Positions 35,401 through 48,886 of a DNA stretch of 64,000 bases are shown here, one piece after another. A model generated the notes under the pieces. The model was not told the origin of the DNA. It saw only the letters and a program-made list of their open reading frames with translations, and searched no databases. The stretch's first letter is position 1, and each line of letters begins with the position of its first letter. A program made the position numbers and the translations under genes. The stretch spans positions 15,128,001-15,192,000 of the forward strand of contig CM060733.1 in NCBI GenBank assembly GCA_030704615.1. The letters run 5' to 3'. The DNA is from Takakia lepidozioides. Lineage: Eukaryota > Plantae > Bryophyta.

Positions 35401-37369
35401 TTTTAGATACGCATTTTTATTATGGAGCAACTCTGGCAGCAGAAACCTGCCTACACAGAAAACACAAGGAAAATCTCATAAACTCGACATTTGTAGGCTT
35501 CAGACTTCCGAGAGAGTTTCCTATGATCATGTATATGTGTAGAACTGAGTAAGGTCCTCAATTGATATATCTCTAAGGATAAATTACGCTAAGTTAAATA
35601 ATCCTATGCAAGTTGAACCCTTGACGAGCTGAATTGCGCAGCTCCCTGGTATTCCACAATCATGACAACTCAAACATCTCCAGCATGCAGAGCTGTTAGA
35701 TGATAAATTATCATTCCATCTCAGAACCGAGCTAGGTCAATCCGAGCAGTATTGAATTGAGATTGAATTCTCAAGGCCGCAGGACCTGTCATCAGACACC
35801 AGTTTTAGAGCTCAACATGCAGGAATGTAAGATCCATTCTTGGAGTTACTTGTATCGTAACACTTGAGTCAAGACTGAAAATTTCAATTTAAGGAGCTCC
35901 ATTCCTGAATTCATGTATAGATAAATTTCACAAAATAGGCATCGCCAATTGCAAATTCTCGCCATTTTCCGACAGGCCTGACAATGTACAAGACAATGCT
36001 TCAGGAAGGCAACTTGTTCGTGAATAGTAGTTAGCAAGAGGCGCCGCATTGGACTCAGCTGATGTAAAGTAATCCGATTGATTTGATCAGCTCGATCATG
36101 AACTGATTATATCGAAATTTCCAGCGAAGGACCAAAACATTAGAAAATCGTACCTAACACTAAACATCAATTCGGGAATCGTGTTCAAATCTGGTAAAAT
36201 CATTGAGCCACTCAACATGTCAACCGGCTGTAGGAATTCCTCTGTGGGAGATTACTATCTATTTCACACTTACAACCTGTTCAATGCCGCTGGCCGAATT
36301 AACAGATCTGTTGGACCGATTGACCATTCAACAGCAATCGCGGCAATAGCATATGTACATGATGTAAATTCAAGCTCCTCCAATATATGTAGAGCCTGGG
36401 ACGGCCCGGAGGACGGAGATGCTTAGACATGTTTTATTCTAGTAGGTGAGGGAGGCAGCCACATGTACAACTATCCCTCAATTATCAATATCCCAAGAGT
36501 TTAAGCACTTGAGCCTGCTCCAAGCCTCGGGCAAATGAGTTACGTCTCATTAGGTTCCCCGCCACAACTCAACCTGCTCGAGCAGCTAAGCGTGTAAGAG
36601 TTAAGAATCATACTTTAAGTACTGCAAGTGCCAAGTGCTCCTCAAGTGCTCTATCACCCCTCATGCAACCAATACATTGCTTTTTCCTCTAAAGCGATGC
36701 TAGACTCAAACTAGAGAAAGGGCCCTGGGATGTGAGTAAAAATACAGAATTCAGAATGAGCGCGAGAAGCGGAGACAAAGAAACCAACGAAGGAATGCAA
36801 GCGAGAGTCCGCAGTACTCAAGATGAAAATACTCACAATTTGTGTCGATAGAGATACCTGCAGATAATCCGTCCTTTCACAGAGCCTTCACGTAGCACAA
36901 TTCCCAAAACATACTGGTCTCTCTAGTCTCGGAAATGTAGCGAAACATCAAGAGCCGAGGGGGAGCCGAGAGAGACAGGAAAGGAAAGGAACATATCGAC
37001 GGAGAGCGCGGCGGTGCGGTATATGTGCGGTCGGAGAGCCGAGAGCCGTCTTGCGTCATTATGAGTAAGAACTAAAAGCGATCCTGTGCGATGCTCTGGA
37101 TGACCTCATCCATCCCTTACGCTTATACACGTGGATCAGCAAGAGCACAGTCTACATGGATGACGCAACAACCTCTTTTCGTCAATTATATTTTCTCATC
37201 CACAGTTCTCCTTAAGTACGACGTCCATAATTAATTACTGAGGATTATGGTTACGATTGTATTATCATTTTGGGGACGGATGCTGATTATGCCCCTGGAT
37301 CTTAACAATTATTATTATATTATTATATATATTAATATATTAGAAGAGGGGAAGTAGCCCTCGAATTTT

Positions 37370-38300
37370 ATTTTAAAAAAAGAAAAAGAAAAAAGAGGAA
37401 CGGAGGCCTCTCAGCTTTATATATTAGGACATAGAACGTCCCAGAAGTACAAGAGGAAAAAATAACCTCTATCAGGGTGCCATAAGGCTGACCTAGGAAG
37501 AGGATGCTTCCTAACCAGATTGAAGAGAAGGGGGAGAAGAGAGGTCTTAGATCAAGGATAATCCAGAGACCAGGAGCCATAACCAGTAAGATTAGAGCCT
37601 AACAGCGGTGCCCCCAAACATCAAGATGCTTGAAGAGCCCTAGTGTGAGGCCCTCCCTGGGTCACTACAATAACTGGAGAGCAGCTGTGTGGCTGGGCAA
37701 GGCCCAAGCATCTCCTTCTATCTACTATGCAGCAGCTTCAGTCAAAACCATGTGAACAGCGAGGTAATACCACAGAGAGCTACTCAGCAGACCTGCTGAC
37801 TAATTTAGGCTACCAAAAGAGAGCGCCTTCGCTTTGCCTTTCTCCGGTTGACATCCAAGGGGGGAGCGCATGGAGCTAAGAGAGCTGCCACTCCTCTGGG
37901 AAGTTGTCATTCCATTGAACCCTCGAGTCTGATAATCTGGTGCAGATCTTTCCTCGTTTGCCCCAAGATTGATCAAACTCTTGGAGGAGTTTTTTGCGCC
38001 TCCTCTCCCCACATCTGGAAAGAGCTCATCCCAACACACCCCAAGCTTTCCGAGCCTCAGTCATGATGTCTGAGTGAGTCATAAACAGTACATACCTTGC
38101 TAAGAACGGCTTACCCCAAAAAATCAGATCACATCTGGCCTTCCACACGTTCCACAAAGTGTGAGCCCTCAGGGCACATATTGGACATTTGGACCACAAA
38201 TGACCTCCCTGAAAATTTAGAAGCAAAACAGCTATATCATTCCGAGGCACAGGGCTCTATGAAAGTAGTCACATAATGCCAAGCATGGCTGGCCCTCGGG
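37370..38300 (-). mobile_element. 3' fragment of an L1-clade LINE
   Basis: HLWSKCPICALRAHTLWNVWKARC (38026-38250); tail motif GAGGTTATTTTTTCCTC near 37455-37470. Confidence 0.8.
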
Positions 38301-38484
38301 ATTATTATTATTATTGTAATAAAAACCCGCCAGAGATCCTATTATCATTATTATCATTGTTGTTATTATCATTATTTTGGTTATGAACGAAAAAATTTAA
38401 GGTTATTTTTTTCCCTCCAATTTAATAAATTACAATCCCCCTGTTCTCTAAATTTTTCTTAAGGAAAAAAAACATTTTTGTTTT

Positions 38485-39620
38485 TTAGAGAACAGGGGGA
38501 AAGTGGCCCTGGAAAACTTTATTAAAGGATTTGTAGAAGACAGATGGAGGAAAAAATAACCTCCGTAGGGCCGTGAAGGCGTATCGCAAGGGGAACACCC
38601 TGTGACCAGAGAACACTAAAAACGGGGGAGTGAAAGAACAGCAGTGACGTGAAGCCTGCAAGCGTAGTCTGGCTTGCACAAGGAGGCGAAAGATAATCGA
38701 AACTACAGTCACTTGGCACGATGAGTTCCCCAGGCAATGGGAAGTCTCCGGGTGATTTGGACGACCCAGAGATCAACTGGCGTCACCTGAAGCCGCGCGC
38801 TTCGAAGGCCAAAGCTCGGCTTGATTTCGCAGGAATTTAGGCTGCTGCTACCTTGGGCTGATATATGGCTCAAAAGCCGTTCTTCCAGAATCAGTGCCTT
38901 TCTTTGGAAGTTAGCTAACAGAATTCTACCAGTGGCTGCGCACTATCAGGATGCTGACCCCTCATGCCAGTGCTGTGGAATTGGTATAAGTGAGACAATT
39001 GAGCATTGCCTTGTCAATTGTGCCATATCCCAGAGAGTCTGCATCTAGTCTCTACTTTCTATTCCTCTTGGACCCCTCTCCCGCTTCGATCTGACCTTCT
39101 GTTTTGCTCAATCTTCATACCGGTGCGATCTGGGAGAAATGCCCGATCTGGGCATGCCTAAGAGCACTTACTCCGTGGTCTCTTTGGAAAGCCAGGTGTG
39201 CTCTTGTTTTCCAGGGGAGGCGCCCCAGTCTCAGATTAATTCTACATAATATTTTTTGCAATATGATGACTGAGGGGCGTAAATGTTGGGTTTACTTGCA
39301 ATCAGTGTTTTCCAGGTGTGGTGACAGGAGAATGAGACAATTGCTTGCTGCCATGGCAGGCCATGGAATCCCTCCGAGAGGCTGCCCCCATTTGTGGTTC
39401 CATTTTACCGTGAAATTGGCATTCCCAATCTGCAGGCGGTATCCTAATTTAACCGTGTATCCCATAAAGGGTGTGTGAGCACGATCCATCCAAGACCACT
39501 CGGCCGGGTCGAATTGGAGTGGCAATCCCATGAACCAAGTGAGGGAGGATGCTTGTGCCCACTCAACACCCATTCCAGGGGCTGGTTTCGGGTCAGCCAT
39601 ACCTGAGTAGGAGTCCAGGG
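38485..39620 (-). mobile_element. Rearranged L1-clade LINE with two internal segments inverted
   Basis: Minus strand: YTVKLGY..KW..GIPW (39365-39620) and 3' tail (38485-38685). Plus strand: PWADIW..ISAFLWKL..CQCC..ETIEHCLVNC..WSLWKARC (38850-39365) and TWHDEFPRQW..INWRH (38690-38840). Confidence 0.8.
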
Positions 39621-39630
39621 CACGAGTGTT

Positions 39631-39822
39631 CACACACTTCTCCACTCTCTAATTCCTGCAGATGGTCAACACAGAAAAACACTGGGATAGTTTTCACTGC
39701 TTGTAAGTCCATAAATGTTGAGCGCTGTAACTCAACATTTATGGACTTACAAGCAGTGAAAACTGTCCCAGTGTTTTTCTGAGTTGACCATCTGCAAGAA
39801 TTAGAGAGCGGAGAAGTGTGTG
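39631..39822. repeat. Near-perfect foldback hairpin (~92-bp arms, 8-nt loop)
   Basis: Arms 39631-39722 and 39731-39822 are reverse-complementary with about 4 mismatches; loop cgctgtaa. Confidence 0.92.
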
Positions 39823-40339
39823 GATTTGTTGTGTGAGTAGGATCAAAGAAATCAGTGCAAATGTGGGTAGTATATTTATGTGATAGGCAAGAAAGTTGGA
39901 GTGAGCTTTCTAAACTCTGGTCATACAAATCTGCTGCTGTTATCCTCTTTAATGGAATGGACGCGCCCTGTGATGTTGAGCTTGTCATGGACTGCAGTTG
40001 ACCACCCACCACCTCACTCTAACCTCCAGCCCCTGCAACAGTGCAAGCAGCCCACGCACTTGAGCACAGACTGCCCAAGAGCCCAGCCTCCTCTGTTGGC
40101 CAAAAGAGGATCAAGATGAATATAGCTCATCCACATCTCTCAAAGCATACACTTCCATACGCAATGTCCAGAAGAGGATGAACTGGCTACGTTAACGGCT
40201 TGTCAATGCATCCATGGTGGGTACCTCTCAATCCACATCAACAACGTGATCTGAGTGTAATGGTTGCCACTCTAAGTGGAACACACATGCTTTTTGTTAA
40301 TGAAATCCTTCAATCGCCCCGCACGACCAATAACAAATG

Positions 40340-40501
40340 CTGCAAGTTCTGCTAGTTAGCCCCGTGCATCCCGCAATTCTGTAAATTCCAAGAATGTCCA
40401 AGAGTATCCAAGAATGTCCATTGAATCAATCCATTGGACATTGCTGCATAGTGGACATTCTTGAACATGCGGCGCAACGTGCTAACCTGCAGAACTTGCA
40501 G
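40340..40501. mobile_element. Small MITE-like element with 21-bp TIRs
   Basis: CTGCAAGTTCTGCTAGTTAGC ... GCTAACCTGCAGAACTTGCAG (2 mismatches); internal CAAGAATGTCCA/TGGACATT repeats; no clear TSD. Confidence 0.55.
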
Positions 40502-40801
40502 AATTCAACATAAAAAACCAGGGATGAAGTCTGTTGAAGGTGTCCTCACCACATTCTCCTTGACATTGTGTCATGAAAGCAGCTAGCTTTTCTTTCACCC
40601 AAGGGGGATTCAACCAACCATCTACCCAGCTGAGATAAGAATAGCACTGCCTTCACACTTCAGAAGGAAAGAAGCGAAAAAGCAAAAGATATCCCTTTAT
40701 GAAAGCTGCTCATTTCAGAAGGCTTAATGAAGAGCGCCCAAATATCAAGCCTGATTTTGCACATTAATTGCACCACATGTTTCCACCGCAAGCAGCAAAC
40801 A

Positions 40802-43800
40802 TCAATAAAAAATACCTGGTTTGAGGAAGGTGTCAAACCAGGAGCTTGCTTCTTGACCCATTGATGCACCAATAGTATGATCACATCCTTCTTCTGCCAC
40901 AAACTGCTTACACGTGTCCCAGAATAAGCTTGCTTGCTTAGTTCATTCAGCTACCCTGTAAGCCACTTTTGCAGTTCTTTTTGCTCTTTCTGTAGTGAAA
41001 ATTGAGGCATGTGACAACCACAGTGACATCCAACATGCAATCCATCTCTTTAGTATAAAATTGATGCTGAGTACCTTGAAATGATCTGGCACACCCGCAT
41101 CCTTGTATACTTGGGCTGTTTTAGTAATCAGCAGCTCCAGGCCTTCCACTGGGCATCGGGGGTCATCTTTTCCTGTCCACAGTTTGATGAAGTGCAGGGC
41201 TCTCAGATCCAACCATGAAACCCTTTCCCTTGCAGACATGTTTATGCAACATTCTTTGCAACCAAAAGTGAATCACACCATAACACCCTACACCAGACAG
41301 TGTGTTGAACACCAGCAACACAAACCATTCAGTATAAGTAGAGGACGAGGGGCAATTGCTGGAATAGTGTAAGGGGAGTCCAACTTGTCTGTAAGCCCTG
41401 GCGCTAGTCTTTGCCAAACCTTCATGCGCAGGAAGGAAATGCGTTAGATGAGCATGACACCTCCCATGCTGCCACATAAATCTTCTCAATAAAGGTTGCA
41501 TATAATATATGCATATAACCTCCTTAGAAGTCTTTCGCCAAAACCATGGACTGCTTTCCATCCAAGTCACAGTAAAGGCCCACGACGTGGACGAAATGAG
41601 AGAACTTACAGCAGCCACAGTCTCGGCATCCACCTCATCTTTTCCCAGATCCTCTGCTGCTACTGTTTGACACACCCAGTTCTGGCCCATCTCAGAAAGT
41701 TGTGGTTGTTATGATCAGAGAGATTCACAAACTGAACCCACAACTCCCCGTAGGCCTTCTTTGAGCAGTTCTGTTCAAAGGATGACATCCTGTAAAAGAG
41801 AACTGAGTGTCCATGTAAGGGCTTGTATAGACATCAAGGTTGTACACAAGGGATTCCTGCAATGCTCCTCTAGCTCCCACTCTCACACAGATATGCGCAC
41901 TGCCAGTCAACCACGCTTGATAGTAGAAAGAGAAAAAGAAAGACAGAAAGAAAGGAGATTCATGAAAAACTTATATGATGTGCTGAGGCAGAGCACATTG
42001 TGACACAAAGGGAGAGCTAGAACCTTTGAAGCTACTCACCCTGAAATGGATGTGGAATGCTGTTGACACGTGCATGCCATTGCTTGTTGGAAAGTGCCCA
42101 CCCAAAGGACTGCACATCCAAGCACACTCCAGTCAAAGCTGTCTTTTTGTGCCTAACATGCAATCCCAACCACGTACAAGAGAAAATATGAATCCTGTAA
42201 TGATGCTTTGTTTGCAACAAACTTCATCACCACAGAAAGGTAAAGGCCAACTTCACTCCAAATCTCCCCGAACTCCGCTCTCTCCACATTGGTAGAAGGG
42301 TGCATGAATGGAAGACACTGACAAATTCCTCTACTTACAGAATGGCTGGATCACAATATGGCTACCTGGACACCAATGAGGGGCACAACCACGGCAATGC
42401 GTGGATCTGCAGCTGCTGCAAACCATGCAATCATTCCTGCAGTTGGAGACAAGTGAGAACACAGATGCTGGATACATATCGCAAATGGAAGAAGCATTTC
42501 ATAAGCACAAGTTCAGCATTAAAGCATCTACACCCTTCAAGCTCAGAAGTTGAGAGTAAACTCACACATGATGTCTTCCAATTTTCATTAAACCTATATA
42601 CACATGCAAGGATTGAAGATGAAAGTGAACAGGTGCTATGCAAAAGAAGCGTCCTCTGGCTATTCCTTAAAATGCATATAACGTGCGCTATGGCACAACA
42701 TACCTCCAAGTGAAATACCCATCATACCAATGTGTGCAGGATCAACATCAGGCCTTTCTGTGAGATAATCCATCACTTTGATGAGATCCCATACCTACAG
42801 CATTTATAACCACATTTATGTCCTTCATCACCCATCTCAATCAAAGCAAACATGTTTGATATAAAAGCATTTCTCTTCAGAGATGAGGGGAGAGCCCAAA
42901 ACAGCAATTTCCTTGGCACATATAACCTTTACAGTTGACAAAGTAGACATCACCACAAATAATATACAGAAATCTTAAACAGAGTGAACCATCAAGGGTT
43001 CCAGAAGTAAAGGAGTTGACACTAGATTTTACTATCAGACTCTCTGCTTAAGCAGACACAAATAACAATCGAAGAAGAAAGAACCAAGTTCTCCACAGCA
43101 GTCCTTCCAGAACGTCACATGATATTCCCATTCAGGAGGAATATGCACGAGGAGCCCTCAGCAAAGCAATGAGTAGTCTCTGCCATCTTAGCAAGCAAAG
43201 CAACTGAACTTCACAGTCTGAAGATAGAATGATAGTGACAATACCGTGTCAAAAATAAATGGCATCTCCTGACCAGTCTTCCATGCAGCAATCAGTGCCT
43301 GTGCCAAAACAGTTTGCTACTGTCAGGAAATTGACCTGGTTCCCTCTGGAATCTGTAAAAGCCAATTCCTGGCTTCTACTCATCAGGCATGGATAGCAAA
43401 GGAGAAGGCTGACTAGCAATGTACCATGGTAGTAAAAGACATTGAAGGCAGATTGGCGAAACAGATATCACATACATTAGCATAGGCATGTGGGGTGTGC
43501 CCGCGGTCTCCATGATAACGGGAGTCTATAGCCACAGCTACATAACCTTGGGAAGCATAACTCTGTGGACAAGTTCAAGCATGCCATATACTCTGACAAT
43601 GTCAGCAAGCATTCCCCTTTGGACAACGGACAGGCGGCAGAAAAACATTATCTGTACATATATCAGTGTAGGTGATACGAAGTACGCAAAAAGTACACCA
43701 AACTTATGGCAATTCAGCAGCGTAAACATACAATGTTTGGAGGGGCATAGCCCTGCCAGTATGTCAGGAATGAAGTTGGTGGCCTTCATGTGATTGGGAC

Positions 43801-45137
43801 ACTAGAGTTGTTGCTATGTCTTTTGGCTGCTGAGAGCAGAATCAGGTAGAAGATGCATCCACCTGAAGAGTGCATTCATCTTGGCTTTGTCCTCTTGATG
43901 ACAGTTGCAATGGTAGGCCAGTCCAAGGAGAGTAGTGTGATTGTGATATAAGTGATGAAAGGAAGAACAGGAAGTCTGCCTCTTCATGGTAGCTGAACCT
44001 AGCCTGGTTAATTAAAGAATACATGTTCCATTGTGTGGAGGGCACGTCGCCAGACTTCCCACTGAAACAATCCTTAAAGCTGCACAAAGTATAGAAGTAC
44101 TTCAGACAGGGGGCTCTGGATCATACAGAATTGGAGACAAAGTACAACCCTCAGCACAATCCCTCACCCTTGAAGCATTTGGATGTGTAGCAGAAAGAGG
44201 GCAACCTGCATGGTAGGTCGCATCACCTCCTTGCTACTTCCTGTGGAGTGTAGACACACAACAGTGGGCCTTCGATTTAGCTTGGCAGTGGGCTGTGACA
44301 ATTTGGGTCGAATTATCAGAAGTGGCACCTGCCCCTGCTCGCCGGCCTGCATTTATCCATGCTGCCCACATGTGTCTCATAAATGCATACGCCGTGTTGG
44401 CCCCTAGGCTGAAGTAGCTTCTGTGCATGCCATGAAGTTACAAAAACACTCGAAGAGAACTGCTCTCTCCACCAACCCATTTTGGCCTCCATATGCAGAT
44501 AACTATCGCAGTTGTAGTCCAGCCAATAAAAAATATCGATGTTGTCTACACTGGCTGCACAATGTCTATAGGTTGCTTACAAAGACAAGCTTGCATTCAC
44601 CTCGGTGGTTAACATGAGATTCTCCTCTTCAAGTTCGTCTGCTACAGTAGGGGCCTCTCCTCTTGGGCACAATGCGAAAATCTACAAATGGGAGAATGAC
44701 ATGAAGATCAGTCCACTTCAAAGTACTCCGGCAGGATAATTGAATGCCATGAAATGCTAGACGCTATGAACCAAATACTCACTAACATACCAGAGGATTT
44801 AACAGAGCAACTTCTTGCTGAAAGTAAGGCTTCCCTTCACGCTTGGCGGTATGGACCTCACGCGGGACTGCTACAAAAAGCACATGATCAGTCCCCCAAA
44901 CAGTACAATCAAAGCTGCAGATGCGAAGATTCCACAGATGACCTGTTTCAATCAGTCCCTCTCTTGTTTGCATGCTCTGAAACCCCTTCTGTTTTACCTT
45001 GCAACCTCTGAGGTGTGCCATATTCAAAGAGACCCTCATATGCAAGGAATGTGATTACCTTGTTGCTGCCTTCTGCTTGCCAGTACTTCTAGCAACTGCT
45101 GGCGCACCTTCTCACCCTCTTTATTTGTCCAGTCCAT
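40802..45137 (-). CDS. Alpha/beta-hydrolase (dienelactone hydrolase/S9-like esterase), ~13 exons
   Basis: Exons encode MDWTNKEG..LASRR; VPREVH; CPRGE..EENLMLTTE; AGEQGQVPLLI..LHSTG; GYVAVAIDSRYHGDR; MPFIFDT; VWDLIK..GISLG (Ser); DPRIAVVVPLIGVQ; WHARVNSI; VWQRLAPGL..IAPRPLLILNG; DDPRCP (Asp); EGCDH (His). All are GT-AG and in phase; the last exon may splice further. Confidence 0.88.
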
Positions 45138-46854
45138 ATTGGTTGTAATGGATGAATTAACATTTGTATCCTGAAGTCAGCAACAACTTCCAGGTAGGAT
45201 CAAAGTTCTATGACTCCTTTATCAATTTCCATCCCTGGTCTCAGCCCATACTCCGACAAAGTTGCCAGCGGAAGTGGCTCTTATTTATGCTGGCTTTGGC
45301 CGGAGTCTTCTTTCTCTCTATCTCTACAGAGTGACACAGGTTTATGTTCAACATCAGACTCAGATGGCCATCTCATTGAAAATTTCTCTAGCACTAACTA
45401 AGCATCAAAGAACAACTTTAGTAACTGTGTTTGCTGGTGCTACAAGAAAATTACCAATTCCTTACCGAAAGAGCCTCTATGTTGTCCCTCCCATTCCCCC
45501 GCCAACCCTCGGGACCTTCGAGAGCACTTTGGCTGGTTGATCTACTATAGAAAGACTCCAGCTCTGATTGATGCTGGACGACCATGAGGTGACTCATTAC
45601 AATAGAAGCATTGAGAGACAAGGCTAAGCATGGAGCCTGTGTGTGAGAATTGCTGTATCGGCGACTTCTTTCTAAATGCTGGAAACAGTTCCGATAGACA
45701 GAACTCGATTCTACAATTTCTATGCTCCCTACTTCTAACAACACGTTGTTGTCAATCAAATTGATCACTAGTCGATTCACTCCGACATTGAAAAAAGGTA
45801 GCGCAGTCTAACAGAGGCGTAAACTGAATCCTATGAAAACAGGCGATCAAATTTTCAGCATGTGCTTAGCTAGCAAAATTCACGAACATACCATCTTCAA
45901 TTTTAGGATAAAGGGTCACCAGCGCAGTCTAGACACCCCTGTTTTCAGCCAGCAAATTACATGTCCCGACTCCTGAAAACGTCTTCACACTGTCTATGCC
46001 GCGATCTGCCGAAGTGCGTGTCTCTCACATGAACATACCAGTACCAATTCTGGTCAGATCGATGAGACGCCTTCTCGTACGACCAGACGTGCCCTCTTAC
46101 GGATGGCTCCCAAGCTGAAGTTGTGGGGACACAAAACTGTAGAAGCCACACGATGGTGGCAGCAGGTGGGTGGTCACTCGTCTCTACGTCACTGCCTGTT
46201 CGAGGATGAATCCTACAGCACAAGTGGGCTCCACATCACATTTCCAATGTCACAAGAGAAGTTCCTACCTCTGAAGCAGTGAATGCTTACGATATTGCAG
46301 GCCAAATACGCGTGATTCTCTCTCCTTCTGGTAAGCATGGGTGTTGCCTTTGAGGGCGTCGTTTACACCTTCGAAGGCTCTATATACTAGCCGCAGTTAT
46401 GTATCTTTACTTCCAACTGCATGAACAGAGATCTGGGAGACTGTTGTCGGTGGTCTGTAGACTAGGAAATCACAAGCATCTACATGGAGCCATTCTGAAG
46501 AAAAATTATAAACAGCTGAACCGGGGGAGTGGCACTGGTAATCCATCTGCTCTTACTTGTGTTATCCTGCATTCTTCATCAAAGCCTATTGAACCCATTT
46601 TTGAGTGTCAATGTTGCCCGGCGCTTATGAAGGTTTGTTTCCAGTAGCAGGAGGTGGTGAGCCATCAGAAAAAGTGCAGCAAGTCATAAACCTGATGAGC
46701 TGAACCTGAATAGCTGACAGATAAATACATTTTGAGGGCAATAACATGGACTCCTCAGAAGTTACTTTCTTCAGATTAGGTCATAGAACTGCCTTCAATT
46801 TTTCAAATGTTCAAATGTTTAGATCGTGATACTACACATAGCCAACATCTTGCT

Positions 46855-47170
46855 GAGGACCCACATGTTGCCGAGGACCCGCATCACATTGGTGCACATG
46901 ACAGGGGGTCATGTCGTTGGAGCATAGAAGGCATGATTCGCCAGGTCTTCGGGCAGAGCTCACACCAAATTTGACAGTTCTGCGAGATCATGCATACGAA
47001 ATAGGCATGCTTCTGACCTGGTGGCTTGTTACACACTTCGTTGGTATCTTTCCAGGTACTGTCATTTGGCAACAGAGCGTCATATATATCTGGATCAACT
47101 CGAGCCGATCGAGAATTCGCTTATCAGTACGGAGGCTCCATAATTGTTGATTCAGGTAGTCAGATCATAG
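46855..47170 (+). mobile_element. Diverged inverted copy of the 49711-50055 segment (transposon-associated ORF end)
   Basis: AELTPNLTVLRDHAYEIGM..DLVACYTLRWYLSRYCHLATERHIYLDQLE vs AELTLALTELRDRAYGIGM..DLVACYMLHLYLSRYCHLAATNHVYLDQLE. Confidence 0.75.
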
Positions 47171-47717
47171 TGGTCTAGCATGAAGCAGCTTAAGGTAAAG
47201 TTCATGTATTAGTGTACCTGTCCATTAACATGTGAGTATCACCTGCTGGAAAATAACCAACTACCCATGTACAAAATGAATGACAAGTATTTTGGGACAG
47301 CCAGAAATCGAACTGGAGTCCAAATCCTTGTTTATCTCCCTCTGACTACACCCTGGTCTTCCCTTCATTTGATGAATATCCCCGATGGCAGTCCCTCAAG
47401 GGATCGTCTCTGACCATTGTGAACACCTTTTTAGAGGGGATTTCTGAAGGAAGATACAGACTACTGCTTTTGACAACAACAAATATCAAGCCATGCAACA
47501 TTGGACTTTCTTTGCCAGATTCTAGCTAGTCTGATATAGTAGACCCAAATCTACCAAGGAGGCACCTAGTTTTTGGTGACAATAAATCCAGTAAACAGAA
47601 GAGAAGATATATAATAGAAAGACCTGCAAGAATTTCACCTCAAGTGATATCAGATCTTTTTCCTTGCTTTCCTTGAGCTGTTGATCTGAGCAAGCTGTGT
47701 ATTTCTCATGTGTGCAG

Positions 47718-48886
47718 TTCCTCACTTTGAGAAAATGCTCTACGACCAGGCCCAACTAGTGAATGTGTATCTAGATGCATATGCTGTTACTAAGGACATA
47801 CAATATGCATATGTCGCACTTGATGTGCTCGACTACTTGCGCCGTGACATGACACACCCTGAGGGAGGCATATATTCTGCTGAAGATGCTGATAGCGTAG
47901 AGGTCCCAAATGCTCCCCGGAGGAAAGAAGGGGCTTTTTATGTGTGGACTCTGCAAAAGGTGTGTCCTCTCTCTCTTGGCACAAAAATTAACCATTCATC
48001 ATCAGAAGAACAGAAACCGGCCTAACTTGCTGCTCAAAGATGCGTCATGAAGCTCAGCTGCAAGGATTTCTGTCTTCATAGCTCAATGCGTTTGCCTCGA
48101 GCTGTGGACATTTCTGTGGCTGTTATGGAGTTTCTTACTTTCTTTCTTCTCGTCCTGTTTGTCCATTACCCCACCTGTCCTTACGGTGTGACATGCAGTG
48201 CACCATATGTCATGCAAGGTAGAGAGGACTGTAGAATCAAGGTCCAACATGCCATCCTCTCGAAGCACACACACCCTCTGTCACTGGATTCTTGTCTGAT
48301 GTATGCGGGACTATGGCACATCTGACTGAGGTCCAGAACTGGTTCTGGTAGAAATGGCACTTGGGGACTATGCTTTCTAAGGTAAGTGACAATTCTCTGT
48401 CGTGGGGTACAGTCTATGAGGTTTTAAAAATTGAAGAAGTACTAGTAAATTACTGAAGCAAGCATAAATTATGGTGTCTCTTCTCCCGGAAGGTATACTG
48501 CCTTTCATAAGGATGATATTATTGCCCTCTTTGTATGTGCAGATCCCTGTGAGTGCCTCTGGGTGTCTCTCTGTTGCAGCCACGGCATGCAGGCCATTGA
48601 CTCTTACTGTGTCTGAACTTGTGTAGATTGAGGAGGTGCTTGCAAAGGAACGCGCACAGAAGTTTATATCACATTATTATGTGAAGCTAGAGGGTGACTG
48701 CGATCTTTCCAGGATGAGCGATCCCCATGGTGAATTTGTGGGCAAAGAATGTTCTCATCGAGCGCCAGAGTACAGCTGAGACGGCTGCCCAGTTTGGAAA
48801 AGGATGTCGCACAGTACCTTGGTGAAGTGCGGGCTGAGCTTCATGCATACAGATCGCAAAGACCACGCCCACGTTTGGACGATAAG
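47718..48886 (+). pseudogene. Two internal exons of a SPATA20/SSP411 (YyaL-like) gene, frameshifted
   Basis: VPHFEKMLYDQAQL..GGIYSAEDADS..KEGAFYVWT (47718-47959); CDLSRMSDPHGEF..RSQRPRPRLDDK (48627-48886) with two frameshifts; no N- or C-terminal exons found. Confidence 0.85.
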
